DNA of 32,000 bases from Methanothermus fervidus DSM 2088 (GCA_000166095.1 CP002278.1:60001-92000), one strand, 5' to 3'; positions 21,526 to 31,935 are shown, counted from the stretch's first letter. The notes: generated by a model from the sequence alone, not told the origin. Program-made: numbers and translations.

Positions 21526-21953
21526 AATTGAAAAAGTCAGTAGAAGACGCAATATATGTATGTTTAATCATAGTGGCAATTATTCTGTCTCAGCATATGA
21601 ACGTAGTTGTATCAGGTAGTATGGAACCTACTTTTTATAGGGGAGACATAGTATTAGTTCAGAAGGCAGATTTCTTTGGTATACATGAATTTAATCCTGA
21701 AAATTTACATAAAGGTGACATTATTGTTTATAGAGCTAGTTGGTTCCCAGAACCTGTCATCCACAGGATTATTTATGTAGGTGTAACAAAAGATGGTGAA
21801 AAATTTTATATAACAAAAGGTGACAATAACCCAGCTCCAGACCCATTACCAGTTTATCCATCCCAAGTAGTATCTAAAGTTATAGAATTCAATGACAAGC
21901 CTGTGTATATCCCAAAAATTGGTTATATAACATTATGGCTCAAGGGAATGTGA
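21519..21953 (+). CDS. Archaeal type I signal peptidase (S26B, Ser/His type)
   Basis: N-terminal [21 protein letters not shown] (catalytic Ser), [11 protein letters not shown] (His replacing Lys), [10 protein letters not shown]. Confidence 0.9.
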   Translation: MLKLKKSVEDAIYVCLIIVAIILSQHMNVVVSGSMEPTFYRGDIVLVQKADFFGIHEFNPENLHKGDIIVYRASWFPEPVIHRIIYVGVTKDGEKFYITKGDNNPAPDPLPVYPSQVVSKVIEFNDKPVYIPKIGYITLWLKGM

Positions 21954-21957
21954 GATC

Positions 21958-23640
21958 ATGTTCATGGAAATCGAAGAAAAAATAAAAAATTCCATTGTAA
22001 ATGCTTTAAAAGATTTAAATTATCCTGTTGTGGACATAAATTTAGAAGAACCTCCAAGTAAAGATTTAGGGGATTTGTCTACAAATTTATCTTTTAAGCT
22101 AGCATCTGATTTAGGCATGAATCCTGTAGATATTGCAAATAACATTGTAAACGCCATGGAAACTCCAAAATATATTTCAAAAGTAGAAACAAAAGGGCCT
22201 TACATAAATTTTTTCATAGATTATGACGCATTTGCACCAAAACTTCTAAAAAAAATTGATGAAAATTATGGTAATTTAAAATCAAAAAATAAAAAGGTAA
22301 TACTTGAACATACATCAGCCAATCCAAATGGTCCATTACATGTGGGACATTTGAGAAATGCCATAATTGGAGATTCTTTAGCTAGAATTATGAGGGCAGC
22401 AGGGTACGATGTAGAGACACATTATTATGTTAATGATATGGGAAGGCAAGTTGCAATGGTAGTTTGGGGAGCACTAAATTTAGAATTTAAAAAAGAAAAG
22501 GTAAAAAAAGATCATGAAATTGGAAAAATTTATTACCTAGCTAATAAAGCACTTGAAAATGATCCAAAAATAGAAAATGAAGTAAATAAACTGATGAAGA
22601 AATATGAAGAAGGAGATAAAAAAACCAGGAAAATTTTCAAGAATATAGTGAAAAAATGTTTAGAAGGAATTAAAGAAACATTGAAAAATTTGAACATCGA
22701 ACATGACAAATTTGTATGGGAAAGTGACTTTGTGAGAGACAGTAGCATTGAAAAAATCATTGAAAAATTGAAAAACACAGAGTATTTTTATGAATCAGAG
22801 GGTGCAATTTGTCTTAATTTAGAAAAATTTGGCATTGAAAAAGAACTTATATTAAAAAGGTCTGATGGAACATCTCTTTATGCTACCAGAGATATTGCTT
22901 ATCATTTTATGAAATCTCAGAATGCTGACATTGTAATTGATGTATTAGGTTCAGACCATAAACTTACTGCAGAACAAGTAAAAACAGTGATGAAAATTTT
23001 AAAGTCTAAACAACCAGAAATAATATTCTATGAATTTATAACACTTCCAAATGGATCTATGTCAACAAGAAAAGGAACTTTTGTGTCAGTAGATGAATTA
23101 ATAGAAGAAAGTAAAAAAAGGGCAATAGAAGAAATAAAAAAGAGAAGAAAAGATATAAGCGAAAGTGAAATGGAAAAAATAGCTGAAATTGTGAGTATAG
23201 GTGCAATAAGATATTATATAGCAAAATTGTCACCAGAAAAACATCTCACATTTAAATGGGAGGATGTATTAGATTTTGAAAAAGGTTGTGCATCAATTCA
23301 GTATGCACATGCCAGGGCATGTAAACTACTCAAAAAAGCGAAATATAAAGAAAAAGAATATGAAATTGATAAGTGGCCATTAAATGATTTAGAGATTGAT
23401 TTGATAAGAATTTTATCTAAATTTCCAAAAATTGTGGAAACTGCTGCTAAAACTAGGAAAATACACATGGCTGCACAATATGCACAAGAACTTGCAAATG
23501 CTTTTAATAGATTTTATAAACATGTTCCAGTAATAGGTTCAGAACATGAAAAAAATAGATTAGTTCTTGTAGAGAAGTGTAAGATAACCATAAATAATTG
23601 TTTAAAACTTCTTGGAATAAAAGCACCAAGTAGTATGTAA
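21958..23640 (+). CDS. argS: Arginyl-tRNA synthetase
   Basis: HTSANPNGPLHVGHLRNAIIGDSLAR (HIGH-like), DGTSLYATRDIAYH, MSTRKGTFVSVDEL; C-terminal anticodon-binding domain. Confidence 0.95.
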   Translation: MFMEIEEKIKNSIVNALKDLNYPVVDINLEEPPSKDLGDLSTNLSFKLASDLGMNPVDIANNIVNAMETPKYISKVETKGPYINFFIDYDAFAPKLLKKIDENYGNLKSKNKKVILEHTSANPNGPLHVGHLRNAIIGDSLARIMRAAGYDVETHYYVNDMGRQVAMVVWGALNLEFKKEKVKKDHEIGKIYYLANKALENDPKIENEVNKLMKKYEEGDKKTRKIFKNIVKKCLEGIKETLKNLNIEHDKFVWESDFVRDSSIEKIIEKLKNTEYFYESEGAICLNLEKFGIEKELILKRSDGTSLYATRDIAYHFMKSQNADIVIDVLGSDHKLTAEQVKTVMKILKSKQPEIIFYEFITLPNGSMSTRKGTFVSVDELIEESKKRAIEEIKKRRKDISESEMEKIAEIVSIGAIRYYIAKLSPEKHLTFKWEDVLDFEKGCASIQYAHARACKLLKKAKYKEKEYEIDKWPLNDLEIDLIRILSKFPKIVETAAKTRKIHMAAQYAQELANAFNRFYKHVPVIGSEHEKNRLVLVEKCKITINNCLKLLGIKAPSSM

Positions 23641-23650
23641 TATTTAATTA

Positions 23651-23734
23651 TCAGATCCGGTGGGATTCATCATTTAATCAGCTAAGTCCGCCTTCATCAT
23701 TCTTTTGGTAGTCAGGGGAGGTGCATTTCATCAT
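23651..23734 (-). ncRNA. Box C/D guide sRNA array with three C-guide-D units (two overlapping sRNAs or one triple-guide RNA)
   Basis: Minus strand: ATGATGA-AATGCACCTCCC-CTGA-(11 nt)-ATGATGA-AGGCGGACTTAG-CTGA-TTAA-ATGATGA-ATCCCACCGGAT-CTGA; all three guides are exactly 12 nt. Confidence 0.85.
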
Positions 23735-23772
23735 TACTAGACTTTCTATTTTGTTTCTTATTTGATATTTTT

Positions 23773-23793
23773 AACCGAAAAATATTTATATAA
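23773..23793 (+). promoter_or_regulatory. Archaeal BRE/TATA promoter for thermosome copy 2
   Basis: AACCGAAAAATATTTATATAA located 45-65 nt upstream of the start codon at 23838. Confidence 0.5.
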
Positions 23794-23837
23794 TTACAAA
23801 CCCAGTGATAATGTGAAGAAAATTTTGAGGTGATGTC

Positions 23838-25472
23838 ATGGTAGGAGAAAGAGGAGCACAATTACAACAACCAGTGCTAATTTTACCTGAAGATACAAGA
23901 AGATACATAGGTAGAGACGCACAAAGAATGAACATTTTAGCAGGAAAAGTATTAGGAGAGACCATAAGGACAACATTAGGACCTAAAGGAATGGACAAGA
24001 TGCTTGTTGATTCTCTAGGAGACATAGTTGTCACAAATGACGGTGTAACAATTTTAAAGGAAATGGATATTGAGCATCCTGCAGCAAAAATGCTCGTTGA
24101 GGTTGCTAAAACTCAAGAGGATGAGGTTGGAGACGGTACAACAACAGCCGTTGTTTTAGCTGGAGAGTTACTCAAGAAAGCAGAAGATTTACTAGATATG
24201 GATATACATCCTACAATAATATCAATGGGTTACAGAAAAGCAGCTAAAAAAGCTCAGGAGATATTAGATGATATTGCAATAACTGCAGATGATGAAGAAA
24301 CATTGTTAAAGGTTGCAATGACAGCAATGACTGGAAAAGGTTCAGAGAAAGCTAGAAAACCACTAGCAGAGTTAGTTGTTAAAGCTGTAAAACAAGTGGA
24401 AGAGAATGGAGAAGTTGATAAAGATCATATAAAAATTGAGAAAAAAGAAGGTGGATCAGCCGACGATTCAGAACTTGTACAGGGAGTTATCATAGATAAA
24501 GAAAGAGTACACCCAGGAATGCCAAAAGAAGTGAAAAATGCTAAAATTGCTTTATTAAACTGTCCACTAGAAGTTAAGGAAACTGAAGTGGACGCTGAAA
24601 TTAGAATTACAGATCCATCACAAATGCAAAAATTTGTAGAGCAAGAAGAGGAAATGATAAAAGAGATGGTAAAGACAATAGTGGACACAGGTGCAAATGT
24701 CGTATTCTGTCAAAAAGGCATTGATGATTTAGCACAACACTATTTAGCTAAGGAAGGAGTATTAGCAGTTAGAAGAGTTAAAAAATCAGACATGGAAAAA
24801 TTATCCAAAGCAACCGGTGGTTCAATAGTAACAAATGTTAAAGATTTATCACCAGATGATTTAGGAGAAGCTGGCAGAGTAATTGAAAAGAAAGTAGCAG
24901 GAGAAGAAATGATATATGTGGAAGACTGCAAAGAACCAAAAGCTGTTACAATATTAGCAAGAGGGTCAACTGAACATGTAGTAAGTGAAGTTGAAAGAGC
25001 AATAGAAGATGCTATAGGCGTTGTGTCTGCAGTCATAGAAGATAAGAAAATAGTCGCTGGTGGAGGAGCTCCTGAAGTTGAGCTTGCAAAGAGATTAAGA
25101 GATTATGCAGAAACAGTAAGTGGAAGAGAGCAATTAGCAATTCAAGCATTTGCAGATGCATTAGAAATAATTCCAAAGACATTGGCAGAGAATGCAGGTA
25201 TGGATAGTATTGATGCATTAGTAGATTTAAGAACTGCACATGAAGAATCAACAACTATGGGACTAGATGTGTTCGAAGGAAAAGTAGTTGACATGTTAGA
25301 AGCAGGAGTTATAGAGCCATACAGAGTTAAAAAGCAAGCAGTACAATCAGCAGCGGAAGCAGCAGAAATGATATTAAGAATTGATGATGTAATTGCGGCA
25401 TCTCCAGAAGAAGAAGGTGAAGGTGAGGGTGAAGGACCTGAAGGAATGGGCGGAGAAATGCCCAGCATGTAA
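23838..25472 (+). CDS. Thermosome (group II chaperonin) subunit, copy 2, with acidic/Gly/Met tail
   Basis: Same chaperonin motifs as copy 1; tail [21 protein letters not shown]; 526 bp identical to copy 1 in inverted orientation. Confidence 0.96.
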   Translation: MVGERGAQLQQPVLILPEDTRRYIGRDAQRMNILAGKVLGETIRTTLGPKGMDKMLVDSLGDIVVTNDGVTILKEMDIEHPAAKMLVEVAKTQEDEVGDGTTTAVVLAGELLKKAEDLLDMDIHPTIISMGYRKAAKKAQEILDDIAITADDEETLLKVAMTAMTGKGSEKARKPLAELVVKAVKQVEENGEVDKDHIKIEKKEGGSADDSELVQGVIIDKERVHPGMPKEVKNAKIALLNCPLEVKETEVDAEIRITDPSQMQKFVEQEEEMIKEMVKTIVDTGANVVFCQKGIDDLAQHYLAKEGVLAVRRVKKSDMEKLSKATGGSIVTNVKDLSPDDLGEAGRVIEKKVAGEEMIYVEDCKEPKAVTILARGSTEHVVSEVERAIEDAIGVVSAVIEDKKIVAGGGAPEVELAKRLRDYAETVSGREQLAIQAFADALEIIPKTLAENAGMDSIDALVDLRTAHEESTTMGLDVFEGKVVDMLEAGVIEPYRVKKQAVQSAAEAAEMILRIDDVIAASPEEEGEGEGEGPEGMGGEMPSM

Positions 25473-25489
25473 ATTTTGACTTCTTTTTT

Positions 25490-26656
<1,167 letters not shown>

Positions 26657-27706
26657 TCAAAATATTTTTAATTTCTTTTTAAATTTTGCATATAAAGCAT
26701 AATCAATATATTCTTTCCTTTCTATAAATTCTTTTACTTTAGGAGTTAATTCTCTTTTTTCTTCTATTTTGTCTGTTACTTCAATTATAAATGCATCACT
26801 TCCAGCCCCAGATCCATAAGATACAGCTAATATTCTTTCACCAGGTTTTGAAACATCTAATATTGCTGCCAAGCCTAACAATGTAGATCCAGAATATGTA
26901 TTACCTATTTTAGGAACTAGAAGTCCTGTCTCAACTTGTTCTCGATCAAAACCCAATTTTTTGGCTACTTTAAGATAAAATTTACCGTTAGGCTGGTGGA
27001 AGACAGCATAATCATAATCAGATGGTTTTGTCCCTGTTTTTTCCATTATACCCTTAGCTGCAGAAATTATATGTTTGAAATATGCTGGTTCTCCAGTAAA
27101 TCTACCTCCATGTTTTGGATACGGACTGCCTTCTCTTCGATAAAAATCTGGCGTATCTGTTGTATAACTATAGGTATCTATAATATTTGCTAAACAGCCA
27201 TCATTCCCGATGATATATGCAGCGCCGCCTGCTGCGGCTGTATATTCTAAAGCATCGCCTGGAGCCCCTTGTGCGGTATCAGCTCCAATAGCAACTCCAT
27301 ATTTTATAATTCCAGATTTAACTAATCCCATACATAATTGTATGCCTGCAGTACCTGCCTTACATGCAAATTCAAGATCCGCCGCAGTCAATGTTGGGGT
27401 AGATCCAATGGCTTCTGCAACAATTGTTGCTGTTGGTTTAACAGCATAAGGATGTGATTCTGATCCGACATATATTGCACCAATATCTTTAGGATTTATT
27501 TTAGCCATTTTTAGTGCATTTCTGGCAGCTTCAACAGATATTGTAGCCGTATCTTCGTCAATGCCAGGTACAGACTTTTCTTCTACCAATAATCCACGAG
27601 ATATTGCTTTTGGATCATCTCCCCATACTCTAGCAATTTCTGATGTCTTTATTCTGTAAATTGGTATATAAACTCCATAACCAACTATTCCAACCATATC
27701 TATCAC
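26657..27706 (-). CDS. Hydroxymethylglutaryl-CoA synthase
   Basis: [71 protein letters not shown]. Confidence 0.93.
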   Translation of the reverse strand: MIDMVGIVGYGVYIPIYRIKTSEIARVWGDDPKAISRGLLVEEKSVPGIDEDTATISVEAARNALKMAKINPKDIGAIYVGSESHPYAVKPTATIVAEAIGSTPTLTAADLEFACKAGTAGIQLCMGLVKSGIIKYGVAIGADTAQGAPGDALEYTAAAGGAAYIIGNDGCLANIIDTYSYTTDTPDFYRREGSPYPKHGGRFTGEPAYFKHIISAAKGIMEKTGTKPSDYDYAVFHQPNGKFYLKVAKKLGFDREQVETGLLVPKIGNTYSGSTLLGLAAILDVSKPGERILAVSYGSGAGSDAFIIEVTDKIEEKRELTPKVKEFIERKEYIDYALYAKFKKKLKIF

Positions 27707-27785
27707 TTCTTAAAAAATTAATCCTAAAAAGTAGATTGTAATTAAAAAATATAAAATTTATGTAAAAAAATAATTCAAGAAATAG

Positions 27786-27859
27786 TGCGGTTGCCGGGAT
27801 TTGAACCCGGGCTGCGGGCTTGGAAGGCCCGCGTCCTAACCAGGCTAGACCACAACCGC
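27786..27859 (-). tRNA. tRNA-Gly (anticodon UCC)
   Basis: GCGGTTG...CGGGC-CTTCCAA-GCCCG...CCGGG-TTCAAAT-CCCGG-CAACCGC-A; complete cloverleaf, no encoded CCA. Confidence 0.95.
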
Positions 27860-27860
27860 A

Positions 27861-27934
27861 TGCGGCGTCCGGGATTTGAACCCGGGTCACTGGCGTGGCA
27901 GGCCAGCGTCTTAACCAGGCTGGACTAACGCCGC
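27861..27934 (-). tRNA. tRNA-Gly (anticodon GCC)
   Basis: GCGGCGT...CTGGC-CTGCCAC-GCCAG...CCGGG-TTCAAAT-CCCGG-ACGCCGC-A; complete cloverleaf, 1 nt from the next tRNA. Confidence 0.95.
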
Positions 27935-28026
27935 TCAGGGAATTTATCTTCCTTTTTACCAATAATTTTGTGTATAACTACTAATATATATATTTTGCTG
28001 TTTATCTTATGGATTTAATTTTATTC

Positions 28027-28075
28027 TCAGACCGTCGTGAGTTCATCATTTTTTCAGAATGTAATCATTCATCAT
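28027..28075 (-). ncRNA. Box C/D guide sRNA overlapping the 3' end of the radical SAM gene
   Basis: Minus strand: ATGATGA-ATGATTACATT-CTGA-AAAA-ATGATGA-ACTCACGACGGT-CTGA. D guide complements ACCGTCGTGAG. Confidence 0.88.
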
Positions 28076-28836
28076 TGGGCGGGCCGTCTTCTCAATGCTT
28101 CTTTATCTAATGGTGATACATCTCCTCTATATCTATATTCATAAACTGAACGAAACTTAAGATCTTCAAAATCTTTAGTTATTCTTTTTATTTCTTTTTC
28201 TGATAATGGTTCGACAAGAGATGGCCTTAAAGGTGTATTTATATAAACGAGGTCTGGATCTAATGATTTTATTAATTCGGCTAATTCTTTGGAATATTGT
28301 TTATTTTTTTCAACAAACATTGTTTGTATTTCTAATTCTCCATCATATATTTTTCTAAATTTTTTTATCCCAGATATTATATTTCCAAGATGGATACCTT
28401 TAATGGGTCTATTTATTTCATTAAATATTTTATCGTTTGGAGCATCTACCTTTGCAATCACCTTGTCAAAATTTCTTAATATTCTCCTAACTTTTGATAT
28501 TGGCAAAGTGGAAGAATTTGTTAAGATTGCAACTGGCAGATCTACAATATCTCTCACGACCTCAAGGATCTCATCAAGATTCTTTGCGAGCGTTGGTTCA
28601 CCACAACTAGAGAAAGTTACTATATCTGCATCAATAGGCATTATTTCCTTAAGATCTCTCTTAATTCTTTTAGTATCTACAAATACATCCCTTTTATATG
28701 TTTTTTTAATCGTAGGTCCTATCTGACAATAAATACAATCAAAAGAACATGCATTTTGGCAGATAGGATCTACACCTAACGATCTTCCTAATCTCCAGGA
28801 AGGCACAGGACCATACACAGTTCTCATTTTTTTCAT
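28072..28836 (-). CDS. Radical SAM protein (uncharacterised Fe-S oxidoreductase type)
   Basis: VDPICQNACSFDCIYCQIGPT (CxxxCxxC), FSSCGEPTLAKNLDEI; stop codon TGA at 28074..28072. Confidence 0.85.
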   Translation of the reverse strand: MKKMRTVYGPVPSWRLGRSLGVDPICQNACSFDCIYCQIGPTIKKTYKRDVFVDTKRIKRDLKEIMPIDADIVTFSSCGEPTLAKNLDEILEVVRDIVDLPVAILTNSSTLPISKVRRILRNFDKVIAKVDAPNDKIFNEINRPIKGIHLGNIISGIKKFRKIYDGELEIQTMFVEKNKQYSKELAELIKSLDPDLVYINTPLRPSLVEPLSEKEIKRITKDFEDLKFRSVYEYRYRGDVSPLDKEALRRRPAQ

Positions 28837-28847
28837 CCCATTAGATT

Positions 28848-30509
28848 CTAGGTAAATTTTTTAAATTTTCTCTTTATAAATTTAACACCATAGTTTTTAT
28901 TCATAACAATACTTTTTTGCCAATTATCTTTTCTTTGAGGATAATCTTCTCTAAAATGCGCACCACGGCTCTCTTTCCTTATGAGTGCAGATTTTATCAC
29001 TAATTTAGCCACTGTAATCATATTTCTTAATTCAATTACTTCTTGTAAATATTTATTGAAACCAGAAGTTTCAGGTACATAAACATCGTCCATTTTAATT
29101 TGAATTTCATTTATATCTTTTAATGCTGATTTAAGACCATCTTTATTTCTTATTATAGAAACATTTTCCCACATAGTCTTCTGTAATTTTTCTTTTAATT
29201 TAGTTGGAGATATATTACCATCTTTAACCATTGATTTAATTTTGTATTCTTCTTCCTCAATTTGTGTTTTATTTAGATTTGTATCATTTTTTATTGCATT
29301 CTTTGCAGCTGCTTCACCAGCTCTTTTACCAAAGACTTGTGTTTCAGCTAGTGCATTTCCACCAAGCCTGTTGGCACCATGTACTCCTCCAGCAACTTCA
29401 CCTGCAGCAAAAAGATTTTTTATATTTGTTCGACACCATTCATCGATTCTAACTCCACCCATAAAATGGTGTGCTGTTGGAGCAACCTCCATAGGTTCCT
29501 CACGAATATCTATACCAACATCTTTGAATTGAATAAACATGCTTTCTAATTTTTCCTCAATGACTTTTGCTGGAAGATGCGTAACATCGAGATAAACCCC
29601 ACCATGTTCTGTACCTCGTCCTTCCATAATCTCAGTATAGATGGCCCTTGAAACAACATCTCTTGTTGCCAACTCCATTCTTTGATCATATTTTTTCATA
29701 AATCTTTCACCATTTTTATTGAGAAGTATTCCTCCTTCAGCCCTTACAGCTTCAGTAACAAGAACTCCACGCATAGATTCTGGATAAACCATGCCTGTTG
29801 GATGAAATTGAACTTGTTCCATGTCTAATAAATCTGCTCCAGCATTCCAAGCGAGTGCATAGCCATCACCACATTTTTGAACAGGGTTTGAAGTTATTGG
29901 ATACAGATTTCCTGCTCCACCGGTAGCTAAAATTATAGATTTCGATTTAAAAGCAATAGTCTCTGAATTTTTTAAATTTAATCCTAACACACCTTTGGCA
30001 ACCCCATCTTCAACTATTAACGATGTTATCATTATTTCATCCATTGTTTGAATTTCACGTCTTATTATTTCTTCTTTTAATGCAGTTATTATTTCTAATC
30101 CGGTTCTATCTCCATGATAACATGTTCTTCTATAGCTTTGTCCTCCAAATGGTCTTTGGTCAATTTCACCTGATTCTTTACGGTCAAATATTGCACCATA
30201 ATTTTCAAGATCTATCAAACGTTTTGGAGCTTCTTTTACAAGTATTTCAACAAGCTTAGAATCATTTAAAAAACTTCCTCCTTTTATTGTATCTATATAA
30301 TGAGCTTCAAAACTATCATCTGGATCTACAGTGCCTAATACTGCGTTGTAACCACCTTCAGCCATTCCTGTACATCCTGATTTAAATGATAATCCTTTAG
30401 ATACTATTAATGGTTCTAAACCATTTTCTGATACTTCTATGGCTGCTCTGCACCCTGCTCCTCCGGAACCTATAATTAAGACGTCGCATTCAATTATTTC
30501 GCTTTCCAT
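28848..30509 (-). CDS. tfrA: Thiol:fumarate reductase subunit A-like FAD flavoprotein (succinate dehydrogenase/fumarate reductase family)
   Basis: DVLIIGSGGAGCRAAIEVSENG, GMAEGGYNAV, HPTGMVYPESMRGVLVTEAVRAEGG, GRGTEHGGVYLDVTHL, AAGEVAGGVHGANRLGGNALAE. Confidence 0.88.
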   Translation of the reverse strand: MESEIIECDVLIIGSGGAGCRAAIEVSENGLEPLIVSKGLSFKSGCTGMAEGGYNAVLGTVDPDDSFEAHYIDTIKGGSFLNDSKLVEILVKEAPKRLIDLENYGAIFDRKESGEIDQRPFGGQSYRRTCYHGDRTGLEIITALKEEIIRREIQTMDEIMITSLIVEDGVAKGVLGLNLKNSETIAFKSKSIILATGGAGNLYPITSNPVQKCGDGYALAWNAGADLLDMEQVQFHPTGMVYPESMRGVLVTEAVRAEGGILLNKNGERFMKKYDQRMELATRDVVSRAIYTEIMEGRGTEHGGVYLDVTHLPAKVIEEKLESMFIQFKDVGIDIREEPMEVAPTAHHFMGGVRIDEWCRTNIKNLFAAGEVAGGVHGANRLGGNALAETQVFGKRAGEAAAKNAIKNDTNLNKTQIEEEEYKIKSMVKDGNISPTKLKEKLQKTMWENVSIIRNKDGLKSALKDINEIQIKMDDVYVPETSGFNKYLQEVIELRNMITVAKLVIKSALIRKESRGAHFREDYPQRKDNWQKSIVMNKNYGVKFIKRKFKKFT

Positions 30510-30592
30510 AATTTAAAATTTTAAAAAAAGAACATATAAACATTGTTAATTACTCATCATTAAAAAATTTTATTATATTATTACAAATTGAA

Positions 30593-30645
30593 TCAGAGTA
30601 GAACGCCTTCATCATTCTAAAACCATCAGACACATTTGTCATCAT
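30593..30645 (-). ncRNA. Box C/D guide sRNA (proximal member of tandem pair upstream of tfrA)
   Basis: Minus strand: ATGATGA-CAAATGTGT-CTGA-(10 nt)-ATGATGA-AGGCGTTCTACT-CTGA. Confidence 0.85.
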
Positions 30646-30666
30646 TTTTCTCATAGAATAAATTAA

Positions 30667-30717
30667 TCAGATTTCACCTCCTTCATCATAACAAAATTCA
30701 GAGAAAGGATTCATCAT
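30667..30717 (-). ncRNA. Box C/D guide sRNA (distal member of tandem pair upstream of tfrA)
   Basis: Minus strand: ATGATGA-ATCCTTTCT-CTGA-(8 nt)-ATGATGA-AGGAGGTGAAAT-CTGA. Confidence 0.85.
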
Positions 30718-30785
30718 TCTACATTATTTATTTTACTAAAAAACAATTATTTATAACTTAGCTAAATGTAATCATTCAAAAAATT

Positions 30786-31454
30786 TTGGTGATAAAATTG
30801 AAAATAAAAAATAAACTCATATTTGCAGCTGATTTGGATAATTTAGATGAAGTAAATAACATTTTAAATCAAATATCAAATTTAATTAACACTGTAAAAA
30901 TTGGATATCCATTAGTTTTATCAGAAGGTATAGAATGTATATCCAAATTTAAAAATTTAGGTTATAATGTAATTGCAGATTTCAAGGTGGCAGATATCCC
31001 AGCAACAAATAAAAAAATATGTAAAATAACTTTTGAAAAAGGTGCGGATGCTATAATTGTCCATGGTTTTGTTGGTAAAGATAGTGTGAAGGCGTGTAAA
31101 GACATTGCAAAAAAAATGAATAAAGAATTATTTTTAGTTGTTGACATGTCACATCCAGGATCAAGACAGTTTTTAGAAAAAAACTCTAAAGAAATAGCTA
31201 AAATAGGATTAGAATTAGGAATAAAAAATTATGTTTTACCATCTACAAAACCAAAAATTGGATTAGAAATACGTAAAATTCTTGGAGATGAAGCATTTGT
31301 AATATCTCCTGGGATAGGAGTACAGGGAGGTGAAATAAAAAAAACATTAAAATTTGCTGATGCAATTATAGTGGGTAGGAGTATCTACCAATCAAAAGAT
31401 CCAATGACAACCACAAAAAAATTAATTAATCATATAAATTTAGCTATTTCATAA
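30786..31454 (+). CDS. pyrF: Orotidine 5'-phosphate decarboxylase
   Basis: LIFAADLDNLDE, TVKIGYPLVLSEG, VIADFKVADIPATN, GADAIIVHGF, ISPGIGVQGG, ADAIIVGRSIY. Exact start uncertain (TTG/GTG cluster near 30786-30800). Confidence 0.92.
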   Translation: MVIKLKIKNKLIFAADLDNLDEVNNILNQISNLINTVKIGYPLVLSEGIECISKFKNLGYNVIADFKVADIPATNKKICKITFEKGADAIIVHGFVGKDSVKACKDIAKKMNKELFLVVDMSHPGSRQFLEKNSKEIAKIGLELGIKNYVLPSTKPKIGLEIRKILGDEAFVISPGIGVQGGEIKKTLKFADAIIVGRSIYQSKDPMTTTKKLINHINLAIS

Positions 31455-31933
31455 GATATTTCAAATAATAAAAAGTAAAAAAATGTTTCAAGCTGGAAAA
31501 CATTGATGAAAGCCAGGATCCCTACAACTATTTTTAATACACATCTATATTCAAATAATTTTTTAATGAGAATGTTTTTAAAATACACTGAATTTTCATG
31601 CCATATTTCATCCATATATGCTGCTAATGCACAAATTAACATGAAAATGCTTAATGAAGGCATGCCAAGTATAAATACAACTAATAAAAATATTATGGCT
31701 GTGAAAAAATGTGGAGGTGAATCTACTTTACCTGCGAGAAGTGTACCCAGAAATATGCCAAAAAAAATTTGAGCTGCATCACTGCTCACAGTGACCAAAA
31801 TTCCTAATAATATTCCACAGATTATTCCAGCAATTATACTCACATCATAATTCCTATGCATGTCCCAAGCATCATCAGAAATTTTCATTAAAAAACCACT
31901 TATAGGGTAAATCAATGCTTCTATCAACATCAA
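31430..31933 (-). CDS. Hypothetical multispanning membrane protein
   Basis: About 165 aa, several hydrophobic helices; overlaps the 3' end of pyrF convergently. ATG at 31930 is more likely than the TTG at 31933. Confidence 0.6.
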   Translation of the reverse strand: MMLIEALIYPISGFLMKISDDAWDMHRNYDVSIIAGIICGILLGILVTVSSDAAQIFFGIFLGTLLAGKVDSPPHFFTAIIFLLVVFILGMPSLSIFMLICALAAYMDEIWHENSVYFKNILIKKLFEYRCVLKIVVGILAFINVFQLETFFYFLLFEISYEIAKFI

Positions 31934-31935
31934 TG

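Noticed and set aside
27630-27962. 110-aa minus-strand ORF
   Set aside because: It runs through both tRNA-Gly genes; the translated Pro/Ala/Arg-rich stretch is tRNA sequence, not a protein.
28289-28726. 145-aa plus-strand ORF over the radical SAM gene
   Set aside because: Antisense to a gene with strong motifs; the translation looks non-coding.
30554-30560. Extra ATGATGA on the minus strand between tfrA and the tandem sRNAs
   Set aside because: No CTGA D box at guide distance downstream, so there is no basis for another C/D sRNA.
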